DNA of 36,267 nt. Source: a virus. The notes beneath the pieces were generated by a model. The model saw only the letters and a list, made by a program, of their open reading frames with translations, was not told the origin of the DNA and did no database searches. This document shows positions 17,503 to 25,902 of the stretch, piece after piece. The stretch lies in UHGV virus genome UHGV-0179687; one strand, given 5' to 3'. Position numbers and translations under genes: made by a program. Each line of letters starts with the position of its first letter. The stretch's first letter is position 1.

Positions 17503-17520
17503 TGTGTGGTTGTCGGTACA
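17503..17520. promoter_or_regulatory. TGT-N12-ACA dyad (Ogr-type late promoter element) between P and O
   Basis: TGTgtggttgtcggtACA in the 142-nt divergent P/O intergenic region. Dyad centre is about 55 nt from the P start and about 88 nt from the O start. Confidence 0.6.
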
Positions 17521-17598
17521 AATACCGCGCATTGTTTCACTGCCCCGATCACCGCAACCATAAGGCTCCAGTAAGTTTTTTCTAACGGAGCACGGCTC

Positions 17599-18432
17599 AT
17601 GACAGTGAAAGCAAAGCGTTTTCGCATCGGGGTGGAAGGTGCCACCACCGACGGACGCGAAATCCAGCGTGAATGGCTGGAACAGATGGCAGCCAGCTAC
17701 AACCCGGCGGTGTATACCGCGCTGATTAACCTTGAGCACATCAAGTCTTATCTGCCGGACAGCACCTTTAACCGCTACGGCAAGGTGACGGCGCTGTTTG
17801 CTGAAGAAATCACGGAAGGCCCGCTGGCAGGCAAGATGGCGCTGTATGCCGACGTTGAGCCAACGGAGTCCCTGGTGGAACTGGTGAAAAAAGGACAGAA
17901 ATTATTCACCTCTATGGAAGTCAGCCCGAAGTTTGCTGATACGGGCAAAGCCTACCTGGTCGGCCTGGCTGCCACTGATGATCCCGCCAGTCTGGGTACG
18001 GAAATGCTGACATTCAGCGCCAGTGCAGCCCATAACCCGCTGGCAAACCGCAAGCAGAATCCTGCCAATCTCTTTACCGCTGCAGAGGAAACGGTGATCG
18101 AACTGGAAGAAATCCAGGATGACAAACCGTCCCTGTTTGCCCGCGTCACGGCGCTGTTCACCAAAAAAGAGCAGTCCGATGATGCCCGATTCTCTGATGT
18201 GCATAAGGCCGTGGAGCTGGTCGCCACTGAGCAGCAAAACCTGAGCGTGCGCACCGAAAAATCCCTGTCTGAGCAGGAAGAACGCCTGTCTGAGCTGGAG
18301 ACTGCCCTGCAGGCACAGCAGACCGCCTTTAACGAACTGGTGAATAAGCTGAGTCAAGAAGACAGCCGCCAGGACTACCGCCAGCGTGCAACAGGCGGTA
18401 ACGCCCCCGCTGACACTCTGACCAATTGCTGA
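17599..18432 (+). CDS. O: capsid scaffolding protein (P2 gpO-like)
   Basis: 277 aa, first gene of the rightward head operon, with a coiled-coil-like C-terminal half. Confidence 0.85.
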   Translation: MTVKAKRFRIGVEGATTDGREIQREWLEQMAASYNPAVYTALINLEHIKSYLPDSTFNRYGKVTALFAEEITEGPLAGKMALYADVEPTESLVELVKKGQKLFTSMEVSPKFADTGKAYLVGLAATDDPASLGTEMLTFSASAAHNPLANRKQNPANLFTAAEETVIELEEIQDDKPSLFARVTALFTKKEQSDDARFSDVHKAVELVATEQQNLSVRTEKSLSEQEERLSELETALQAQQTAFNELVNKLSQEDSRQDYRQRATGGNAPADTLTNC

Positions 18433-18448
18433 TGGAGCACAAAACCTG

Positions 18449-19507
18449 ATGAAGAAGAATACCCGCTTTGCTTTTAACGCTTACCTGCAGCAGCTGGCGC
18501 GTCTGAACGGTGTGGCAGTTGAAGAGCTGTCCAGCAAGTTCACCGTGGAGCCGTCCGTGCAGCAGACGCTGGAAGACCAGATCCAGCAGTCCGCCGCTTT
18601 CCTGACGCTGATTAACGTCACGCCAGTGACTGAGCAGTCCGGTCAGCTGCTGGGGCTGGGTGTTGGCAGCACCATTGCCGGAACCACTGACACCACCGCG
18701 AAAGAGCGTGAACCTGTCGATCCGACGCTGATGGTCGATGTGGAATACAAATGCGAGCAGACCAACTTTGACACGGTACTGACCTACGCGAAGCTGGACC
18801 TGTGGGCGAAGTTTCAGGATTTCCAGGTGCGTATCCGTGACGCCATCGTGAAACGTCAGGCACTGGACCGCATCATGATCGGCTTTAACGGCGTGAAGCG
18901 TGCGAAAACCTCCAACCGTAGCGAAAACCCGCTGCTGCAGGATGTGAACAAAGGCTGGTTACAGAAAATCCGTGAGGATGCACCGGATCACGTCATGGGC
19001 AGCACCACCACGGGCGGTGAAACCACACCGGGTGCGGTGAAAGTCGGGAAAGGGGGCGAATATGCCAACCTGGACGCCGTGGTGATGGATGCCGTCAATG
19101 AGCTTATTGACGTTGTCTACCAGGACGATGACGATCTGGTGGTGATTTGCGGGCGTGAACTGCTGTCTGACAAGTATTTCCCGCTGGTCAACAAAGAGCA
19201 GGAAAACAGTGAAAAACTGGCTGCCGATATGATCATCAGCCAGAAACGTATGGGGGGCCTGCAGGCCGTGCGTGCGCCGTTCTTCCCGCCGAATGCATTG
19301 CTGATCACCCGTCTGGATAACCTGTCCATCTACTGGCAGGAAGACACTCGCCGTCGTTCAGTTATCGACAACCCGAAACGTGACCGGATTGAAAATTTTG
19401 AATCCGTTAACGAAGCCTATGTGGTTGAGGACTACCGCTGCGCTGCACTGGTGGAAAACATCCAGATTGGCGATTTCAGCGCCGCTGCAGCAGAAACCGG
19501 AGCGTAA
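18449..19507 (+). CDS. N: major capsid protein (P2 gpN-like)
   Basis: 352 aa, immediately after the scaffold gene. Size and position match P2 N. Confidence 0.9.
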   Translation: MKKNTRFAFNAYLQQLARLNGVAVEELSSKFTVEPSVQQTLEDQIQQSAAFLTLINVTPVTEQSGQLLGLGVGSTIAGTTDTTAKEREPVDPTLMVDVEYKCEQTNFDTVLTYAKLDLWAKFQDFQVRIRDAIVKRQALDRIMIGFNGVKRAKTSNRSENPLLQDVNKGWLQKIREDAPDHVMGSTTTGGETTPGAVKVGKGGEYANLDAVVMDAVNELIDVVYQDDDDLVVICGRELLSDKYFPLVNKEQENSEKLAADMIISQKRMGGLQAVRAPFFPPNALLITRLDNLSIYWQEDTRRRSVIDNPKRDRIENFESVNEAYVVEDYRCAALVENIQIGDFSAAAAETGA

Positions 19508-19510
19508 CCC

Positions 19511-20161
19511 ATGAGCCTGAGTCCCGCACGGCAGCATCGCCTGCGCGTTCAGGCTGAACAGGCCGCCCGTGAGGGCGGCAGTGTTCGCCACGCGTCGGGC
19601 TATGACCTGATGCTGCTGCAACTGGCGGAAGACCGCCGCCGTCTCAAGGGCGTTCAGTCCACGGTCAAAAAAGCGGAAATCAAGGTGGAGCTGCTGCCGA
19701 AGTACGCCGCCTGGGCCGAGGGTGTCCTGACTGCCGGAGGCGTACAGCAGGATGACGTGCTGATGTACGTGATGCTGTGGCGCATTGATGCCGGAGATTA
19801 TGCCGGGGCGCTAGAGATCGGGCGTCATGCCCTGCGTCATGGCTGGGTGATGCCGCTGGGTAATCGCAATGTGCAGACCGTGCTGGCAGAGGAAATGGCA
19901 GACGCGGCGCAGAGCGCAATGCTTGCCGCCACCGGCTTTGATGCCGATCTGTTGCTGCAGACGCTGGAGCTGACAGACGGTCTGGATATGCCGGACCAGT
20001 CACGGGCGCGTCTGCATAAAGCGATTGGCGCTGTCCTGAGTGAAAGCAATCCGGCTTCCGCCCTTAACCATCTCAACCATGCGTTGCAGCTCGATCCCCG
20101 CTGTGGCGTGAAAAAAGACAAACAGCAGCTGGAGCGCAGACTGCGCAATGACAGCCGCTGA
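19511..20161 (+). CDS. M: terminase small/endonuclease subunit (P2 gpM-like)
   Basis: 216 aa after N. Conserved QDDVLMYVMLWRIDAGDYAGALEI segment as in P2 M. Confidence 0.85.
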   Translation: MSLSPARQHRLRVQAEQAAREGGSVRHASGYDLMLLQLAEDRRRLKGVQSTVKKAEIKVELLPKYAAWAEGVLTAGGVQQDDVLMYVMLWRIDAGDYAGALEIGRHALRHGWVMPLGNRNVQTVLAEEMADAAQSAMLAATGFDADLLLQTLELTDGLDMPDQSRARLHKAIGAVLSESNPASALNHLNHALQLDPRCGVKKDKQQLERRLRNDSR

Positions 20162-20256
20162 CAGAACGTGCCCCCGCGCACGGGCGGCACGGGGTGGCGA
20201 AAGGCACAGCCACATCAAAACTCCGTCCACCGCCCTCTATTTCAGGAGAAAGCAGC

Positions 20257-20721
20257 ATGAAGTTTGTTGCGCCAGAACAGGCACCGGAACAGGCGGAAAT
20301 CATCAGAAATACGCCGTTCTGGCCTGATGTGGACCTGTCGGAGTTTCGCAGTGTCATGCGCACTGACGGCACGGTGACGCAGCCGCGTTTAAAGCAGGTT
20401 GCGCTGTCGGCAATTTCGGAGGTCAACGCAGAGCTGTATGAGTTTCGCAGACGCCAGCAGATGCTGGGATATTCCTCGCTGGCAGAGGTTCCGGCTGAAC
20501 AGCTGGACGGCAAAAGTGAGCGCATTCATCACTATTTCAACGCGGTTTACTGCTGGGCACGCGCCATGCTCAACGAGCGTTATCAGGACTATGACGCCAC
20601 GGCATCCGGTGTGAAGCGGGGCGAGGAACTAGCGGAAGCAAGCGGTGATTTGTGGCGTGATGCCCGCTGGGCCATCAGCCGGGTGCAGGATGCGCCGCAC
20701 TGCACAGTGGAGCTTATCTGA
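20257..20721 (+). CDS. L: head completion protein (P2 gpL-like)
   Basis: Start chosen at the ATG at 20257, preceded by aggaga, inside track ORF 20194..20721. Position after M. Confidence 0.8.
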   Translation: MKFVAPEQAPEQAEIIRNTPFWPDVDLSEFRSVMRTDGTVTQPRLKQVALSAISEVNAELYEFRRRQQMLGYSSLAEVPAEQLDGKSERIHHYFNAVYCWARAMLNERYQDYDATASGVKRGEELAEASGDLWRDARWAISRVQDAPHCTVELI

Positions 20722-20924
20722 TGAAAGTGCGTGCGTATCAGTATGACACGGTGGACGCGCTTTGCTGGCGTCATTACGGGCGCACGCAGGGTGTCACGGA
20801 GCAGGTACTGAAGGCAAATCCGGGGCTTGCCGAATACGGCCCCTTTTTACCTCACGGGCTGCAGGTGGAGCTGCCGGACATACCGACAACCACCACCGTG
20901 CAGACCGTCCAGCTATGGGACTGA
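20721..20924 (+). CDS. X: tail protein X (P2 gpX-like)
   Basis: 67 aa, MKVRAYQYDTVDALCWRHYGRT...ANPGLAEYGPFLPHG, P2 X-like. Start overlaps the L stop. Confidence 0.85.
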   Translation: MKVRAYQYDTVDALCWRHYGRTQGVTEQVLKANPGLAEYGPFLPHGLQVELPDIPTTTTVQTVQLWD

Positions 20925-20927
20925 ATT

Positions 20928-21143
20928 ATGACGCTTGAGCGAATCAGCGCCTTTATCACGTACTGCATCGCCGTTGTGCTGGCCTGGCTGGGCGATTTGT
21001 CCATCAAGGATGCCTCAACGCTGGGCGGCCTGATGATTGGTGTGCTGATGCTGGCTATCAACTGGTACTACAAACACAAAGCCTACCAGCTTCTGCGCGA
21101 CGGGCAGATCTCGCGGGAGGACTATGAATCCATCAATCGTTAA
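20928..21143 (+). CDS. holin (small two-helix type)
   Basis: 71 aa with two hydrophobic helices and a charged C-terminus, immediately upstream of and overlapping the endolysin gene. Confidence 0.75.
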   Translation: MTLERISAFITYCIAVVLAWLGDLSIKDASTLGGLMIGVLMLAINWYYKHKAYQLLRDGQISREDYESINR

Positions 21144-21636
21144 ACGCTGCCTTGTCGGGACCGTGCTGGCTATTGCTGCCACGCTGCCGGGTTTTCAGCA
21201 GCTTCACACCTCCGTGGAGGGGCTGAAACTGATTGCTGATTACGAAGGCTGTCGTCTGCAGCCGTATCAGTGCAGCGCGGGTGTCTGGACCGACGGCATT
21301 GGTAATACATCGGGCGTCATCCCGGGCAAAACCATTACGGAACGACAGGCAGCGGAAGGGCTGATCTCCAATGTGCTGCGTGTGGAGCGGGCGCTGGAAA
21401 GGTGTGTGAAGCAACAGCCGCCGCAGAAGGTGTATGACGCTGCGGTGTCGTTTGCCTTCAACGTGGGAACGGGAAATGCCTGCAGTTCCACACTGGTGAA
21501 ATTACTCAATCAGCGGCGCTGGGCGGATGCGTGCCGACAGTTGCCGCGCTGGGTTTATGTAAAAGGTGTTTTTAATCAGGGGCTGGATAACCGCCGTGCG
21601 CGGGAGATGGCCTGGTGCTTACAGGGAGCAAACTGA
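21124..21636 (+). CDS. endolysin, lysozyme family, with an N-terminal hydrophobic signal-anchor-like segment
   Basis: 170 aa. N-terminal CLVGTVLAIAATLPG then EGLKLIADYEGCRLQPYQCSAGVWTDGIGNT, a Glu...Asp...Thr arrangement typical of T4-lysozyme-like endolysins. Confidence 0.8.
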   Translation: MNPSIVKRCLVGTVLAIAATLPGFQQLHTSVEGLKLIADYEGCRLQPYQCSAGVWTDGIGNTSGVIPGKTITERQAAEGLISNVLRVERALERCVKQQPPQKVYDAAVSFAFNVGTGNACSSTLVKLLNQRRWADACRQLPRWVYVKGVFNQGLDNRRAREMAWCLQGAN

Positions 21637-21637
21637 A

Positions 21638-22015
21638 ATGAAAAAGAAATTAATCAGCGGACTGTTTCTGATGTTATGGATGGCGCTGTTAATCGCAGCA
21701 ATGGTGTATCCGCAGGGGATTTTTCCGGTACTGTCAGCGTCCGGCGTTTGGGTAGCCTGTTTGCTGACATGGGCGGTAATTCCGGTAGCACTGGCTGCGT
21801 TAATTAAGAATGGACCGCTCTGGCAGGAGTTGAGGGCATCTTTGCTGAAGACAATTACCCGAAAAGAAAACGTATTTATCAGCTGGGTGATGCGATTGCT
21901 GATTGTCGTAAGTCTCGCCTGGACGGGGTGGGCTATTACCCTGGTCTTTTATCTGCTGACCGTTATTGCCTTCTGGATGACCCGTAATCAGATGGCGCAA
22001 CAGGTATCAGCATGA
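21638..22015 (+). CDS. LysA-like multi-pass membrane lysis-timing protein
   Basis: About 125 aa with four hydrophobic helices. RBS gggag, 9 nt upstream of the ATG at 21638. Confidence 0.7.
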   Translation: MKKKLISGLFLMLWMALLIAAMVYPQGIFPVLSASGVWVACLLTWAVIPVALAALIKNGPLWQELRASLLKTITRKENVFISWVMRLLIVVSLAWTGWAITLVFYLLTVIAFWMTRNQMAQQVSA

Positions 22016-22440
22016 ATCGGTTGCTGCTGGTTGTGCTGGCGTTATTACTGGCGGCGCTGGGCTGGCAGACGTGGCGGCTGGCTGATGCCAGCCAGACCAT
22101 CAGCACGCAGGCAGACGAGCTGCAGAGCAAAAGCCAGGCACTGGCAAAGAGCAACAGCCAGCTTATCAGCCTGTCCATTCTGACTGAAACCAATAACCGG
22201 GAGCAGGCGCGGCTCTATGCCGAAGCAGAACAGACCAGTGCGCTGCTGAGACAACGACAACACCGGATCGAGGAACTGAAACGTGAGAACGAGGATTTAC
22301 GCCGCTGGGCTGATACTCCTTTGCCTGCTGACATTATCCGGCTGCGGGAACGTCCGGCACTCACCGGAGGTGCAGCTTACCGTCAGTGGTTGTCCGCGAG
22401 TGACGCCGTGTTGGCTGGATCAGACAGCGCCGCGCACTAA
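22012..22440 (+). CDS. i-spanin (Rz/LysB-like)
   Basis: 142 aa with an N-terminal membrane anchor and a long charged coiled-coil-like region. Contains the o-spanin gene in another frame. Confidence 0.75.
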   Translation: MNRLLLVVLALLLAALGWQTWRLADASQTISTQADELQSKSQALAKSNSQLISLSILTETNNREQARLYAEAEQTSALLRQRQHRIEELKRENEDLRRWADTPLPADIIRLRERPALTGGAAYRQWLSASDAVLAGSDSAAH

Positions 22441-22573
22441 CGGTGATCTGAACGCGTTGCTGGATGAAACGGAGGCCGCCTGGGCGGTCTGTGCAGACAA
22501 AGTGGACATGATTATTGCGTGTCAGGAGCGAAACAGTGAACAAACCACAATCCCTGCGCCACGCCCTCAATAA
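22283..22573 (+). CDS. o-spanin lipoprotein (Rz1/LysC-like), overlapping the i-spanin gene
   Basis: 96 aa with lipobox LTLSGC. Starts inside the i-spanin gene in a different frame and extends past its stop. Confidence 0.7.
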   Translation: MRTRIYAAGLILLCLLTLSGCGNVRHSPEVQLTVSGCPRVTPCWLDQTAPRTNGDLNALLDETEAAWAVCADKVDMIIACQERNSEQTTIPAPRPQ

Positions 22574-22967
22574 AGCGGTGCCTTATGTCCGCAATAACCC
22601 GGACAAACTGCATCTGTTTGTGGATAACGGTTCGCTGGTTGCCACGGGGGCCAGCTCCATGTCATGGGAGTACCGCTATACCCTGAACGTGGTGATAGAG
22701 GATTTCAGTGGCGACCAGAATCTGCTGATGGCCCCGGTTTTACTGTGGCTTCGGGATAACCAGCCCGATGCCATCAATAACCCGGCGTTACGGGAAAAGC
22801 TATTCACCTTTGATGTGGATATTTTGCGCAACGATGTCTGTGATATCAGCCTTAACCTGCAACTGACGGAACGTGTGCTGGTCAGCACTGACGGCAGTGT
22901 GTCGAGCGTTGAAGCTGTAGCAGAACCCGATGAACCTGAAGAAATGTGGACGGTGAAACGTGGCTGA
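22536..22967 (+). CDS. R: tail completion protein R (P2 gpR-like)
   Basis: GTG start at 22536, 7 nt after aggag. Product begins VNKPQSLRHAL...LHLFVDNGS...RYTLNVVIEDFSGD, P2 R-like. Confidence 0.8.
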   Translation: MNKPQSLRHALNKAVPYVRNNPDKLHLFVDNGSLVATGASSMSWEYRYTLNVVIEDFSGDQNLLMAPVLLWLRDNQPDAINNPALREKLFTFDVDILRNDVCDISLNLQLTERVLVSTDGSVSSVEAVAEPDEPEEMWTVKRG

Positions 22968-23406
22968 ACTGCAGAAGGTGGACGACTGGCTGAGTGCCTT
23001 GCTGGCGAATCTGGAACCAGCCACGAGAAGCCGCATGATGCGCCAGCTGGCGCAGGAACTGCGCCGGACACAGCAGCAGAATATCAGGATGCAGCGCAAT
23101 CCTGATGGCAGCAGTTATGAACCGCGCAGGGTAACAGCACGCAGCAAGAAGGGGCGCATCAAACGTCAGATGTTTGCAAAGCTGCGCACCACAAAATACC
23201 TGAAAACTGCCGCCAGCGCCGACTCTGCCAGCGTACAGTTTGAAGGCAAGGTGCAGCGTATTGCCCGTGTTCACCATTACGGCCTGCGTGATCGCGTCAG
23301 TCGCAAAGGACCGGAGGTCCGTTACGCAGAGCGCCGCCTGCTGGGTGTAAATGATGATGTTGAGGCAATGACCCGCGACATGATTCTGCAATGGCTGGCG
23401 GGGTGA
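22960..23406 (+). CDS. S: tail completion protein S (P2 gpS-like)
   Basis: 148 aa after R, overlapping the R stop. Position and size match P2 S. Confidence 0.8.
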   Translation: MAELQKVDDWLSALLANLEPATRSRMMRQLAQELRRTQQQNIRMQRNPDGSSYEPRRVTARSKKGRIKRQMFAKLRTTKYLKTAASADSASVQFEGKVQRIARVHHYGLRDRVSRKGPEVRYAERRLLGVNDDVEAMTRDMILQWLAG

Positions 23407-23410
23407 TCTT

Positions 23411-23428
23411 TGTATCAGCACTGATACA
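23411..23428. promoter_or_regulatory. TGT-N12-ACA dyad upstream of V
   Basis: TGTatcagcactgatACA. Also a perfect 8-bp inverted repeat (tgtatcag / ctgataca). Centre is about 55 nt upstream of the V start. Confidence 0.6.
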
Positions 23429-23474
23429 AGTTGCAGCACTGCCGCCTTTCTTCCCCTGATGGCAACCTTTCCCT

Positions 23475-24053
23475 ATGAACGCACAACTAACCGAAATCAT
23501 GCGCCTCATCACCAACCTGATCCGCACAGGGGTAGTCACCGAAGTGGACAGGGAAAACTGGCTTTGTCGGGTGAAAACGGGCGACCTTGAAACCAACTGG
23601 ATTAACTGGCTGACGCTGCGCGCGGGTAATGCCCGCACATGGTGGAAACCATCGGAAGGTGAGCAGGTGGTGCTGTTGAGTCTGGGCGGCAATCTGGAGA
23701 CTGCCTTTGCGCTGCCGGCAGTCTATTCGAATCAGTTCGCACCACCGTCGAAGTCGGCGGACGCCTGCGTGACAGAACATCCTGACGGTGGTTGGTTTGA
23801 ATACGAACCCGCCACCGGGCGCTGGTATGTCAGGGGCATCAAATCCATGGTCATTGAGGCTGTCGACAACATCACCATGAAAACCAGTGAGTTTGTACTG
23901 GAGGCTGACCGCACGCGCATTAACAGCGAAGTGGTGATCAATGGTGGCGTTACCCAGGGCGGCGGAGCGATGAGTTCTAACGGGATTGTGGTTGATGCGC
24001 ATCAGCATACTGGCGTCCTGAAAGGCGGCGACACAACCGGAGGTCCGGTATGA
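23475..24053 (+). CDS. V: baseplate spike protein V (P2 gpV-like)
   Basis: 192 aa. N-terminus MNAQLTEIMRLITNLIRTGVV and C-terminal H-x-H-type metal-binding motif (HQHTGVLKGGDTTGG) as in P2 V. Confidence 0.85.
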   Translation: MNAQLTEIMRLITNLIRTGVVTEVDRENWLCRVKTGDLETNWINWLTLRAGNARTWWKPSEGEQVVLLSLGGNLETAFALPAVYSNQFAPPSKSADACVTEHPDGGWFEYEPATGRWYVRGIKSMVIEAVDNITMKTSEFVLEADRTRINSEVVINGGVTQGGGAMSSNGIVVDAHQHTGVLKGGDTTGGPV

Positions 24054-24409
24054 CGCTTTATAGCGGGATGAACAATACCAGCGGCAAAGCCATTACTGAT
24101 ATTGACCATCTGCGCCAGTCGGTGCGGGACATTCTGCTGACACCGCAGGGTAGCCGTATTGCCCGTCGGGAATATGGTTCTCTGCTGTCGGCACTGATAG
24201 ACCAGCCACAAAATCCGGCATTACGCCTGCAGGTCATGTCGGCAGTGTATGTGGCGCTGAGTCGCTGGGAGCCACGGCTGACGCTGGATTCCATCACCAT
24301 TAACAGCATTTTTGACGGTTCAATGGTGGTGGAGCTGACCGGGCGGCGTAATAACGGTGTGCCTGTTTCCCTTTCCGTATCAACAGGAGCAGAGAATGGC
24401 AGTGATTGA
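24050..24409 (+). CDS. W: baseplate protein W (P2 gpW-like)
   Basis: 119 aa, overlapping the V stop. Position and size. Confidence 0.8.
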   Translation: MTLYSGMNNTSGKAITDIDHLRQSVRDILLTPQGSRIARREYGSLLSALIDQPQNPALRLQVMSAVYVALSRWEPRLTLDSITINSIFDGSMVVELTGRRNNGVPVSLSVSTGAENGSD

Positions 24410-25304
24410 CCTTTCGCAGTTGCCTGCGCCGCAGATTGTGGATGTGCCGGACTTTGAGACGCTGCTTGCCGAACGCAAGGCCGAATTTGTGGCGCTTCAT
24501 CCGAAAGATGAACAGGAGGCTGTGATGCGTACCCTGGAACTGGAATCTGAACCCGTCACCAAGTTGTTGCAGGAGAACGCTTATCGTGAGTTGCTTCTGC
24601 GCCAGCGCATTAACGAAGCCGCGCAGGCGGTGATGGTGGCTTATGCCATAGGGAGCGATCTGGACCAGCTCGCTGCCAATTACAACGTGAAACGCCTGAC
24701 GGTGACGCCTGCTGATAATGATGCTGTGCCGCCCGTTGCAGCTGTGATGGAAAGCGATGAAGCGTTACGCCTGCGTGTGCCTGCAGCCTTTGAAGGGCTT
24801 TCTGTTGCGGGGCCAACTGCAGCTTATGAATTTCATGCCCGAAGCGCCGACGGTCGGGTGGCGGATGCCAGTGCAACCAGCCCGGCACCTGCAGAGGTGG
24901 TGCTGACTGTCCTTAGCCGCGAAGGCGATGGAACTGCAGAAAAAGACCTGCTGGACGTGGTTGAAAAAGCTCTGAACAGTGAGAACGTCCGCCCGGTGGC
25001 TGACCGTCTTACGGTTCGCAGCGCAGAAATCATCCCGTATCGCGTGGAAGCCACCATTTTTCTCTATCCGGGACCGGAAGCAGAGCCGGTAATGGCAGCG
25101 GCAAAAGCCAGTCTGCAGAAGTACATTGCCAGCCAGACGAGGCTTGGTCGGGATATTCGCCGTAGCGCCATCTTTGCTGCTCTGCATGTTGAAGGTGTTC
25201 AACGTGTGGAACTGGCTTCTCCGCTGGCGGATGTGGTCCTGAACAAAACACAGGCGGCATCATGTACGCAGTGGAGCGTAACCAACGGAGGAACGGATGA
25301 ATAG
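24396..25304 (+). CDS. J: baseplate protein J (P2 gpJ-like)
   Basis: Start at the ATG at 24396, preceded by aggag, in frame with track ORF 24357..25304. Confidence 0.85.
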   Translation: MAVIDLSQLPAPQIVDVPDFETLLAERKAEFVALHPKDEQEAVMRTLELESEPVTKLLQENAYRELLLRQRINEAAQAVMVAYAIGSDLDQLAANYNVKRLTVTPADNDAVPPVAAVMESDEALRLRVPAAFEGLSVAGPTAAYEFHARSADGRVADASATSPAPAEVVLTVLSREGDGTAEKDLLDVVEKALNSENVRPVADRLTVRSAEIIPYRVEATIFLYPGPEAEPVMAAAKASLQKYIASQTRLGRDIRRSAIFAALHVEGVQRVELASPLADVVLNKTQAASCTQWSVTNGGTDE

Positions 25305-25902
25305 TCTGCTGCCACCGGGTTCAACTTCACTGGAGCGCCGACTGGCGCAAACCTGTAGCGGGATTTCTGATCTGCAGGTGCCGCTGCGTGACTTGTGGAA
25401 TCCGGCTACCTGTCCGGTCAGCTTCCTGCCTTATCTCGCCTGGGCGTTCTCTGTGGATCGCTGGGACGAGGGCTGGACAGAAAGCGTCAAACGCCAGGTA
25501 GTGAAGGATGCTTTTTATATTCATCAGCATAAAGGAACTACCAGTGCCGTGCGGCGGGTGGTGGAACCGTTCGGATTCCTGATCCGCATTATTGAGTGGT
25601 GGCAGACCGGAGAAACACCGGGCACGTTTCGCCTGGATATCGGCGTGCAGGACCAGGGCATCACTGAAGATACCTATCTGGAACTTGAGCGGCTGATAAG
25701 CGATGCCAAACCATGTAGCCGTCACATGATCGGCATGTCCATCAATCTGCAGACCAGCGGTCCGTATTGGGTGGGGGCCGCCAGCTATCTTGGCGAAGAA
25801 ATCACGATCTATCCGTATATCAACGAAACAATTATTTCTGGCGGCACCGCGCATGAAGGCGGGGCGGTCCATGTTATTGACACAATGAGAGTGAATCCAT
25901 GA
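25297..25902 (+). CDS. I: baseplate protein I (P2 gpI-like)
   Basis: 201 aa between J and the tail fibre gene, overlapping both. Confidence 0.8.
   Translation: MNSLLPPGSTSLERRLAQTCSGISDLQVPLRDLWNPATCPVSFLPYLAWAFSVDRWDEGWTESVKRQVVKDAFYIHQHKGTTSAVRRVVEPFGFLIRIIEWWQTGETPGTFRLDIGVQDQGITEDTYLELERLISDAKPCSRHMIGMSINLQTSGPYWVGAASYLGEEITIYPYINETIISGGTAHEGGAVHVIDTMRVNP

Noticed and set aside
22882-23439. 185-aa minus-strand ORF overlapping S and the S-V junction
   Set aside because: Antisense to the tail completion gene. The late-promoter dyad region is better explained on the plus strand.
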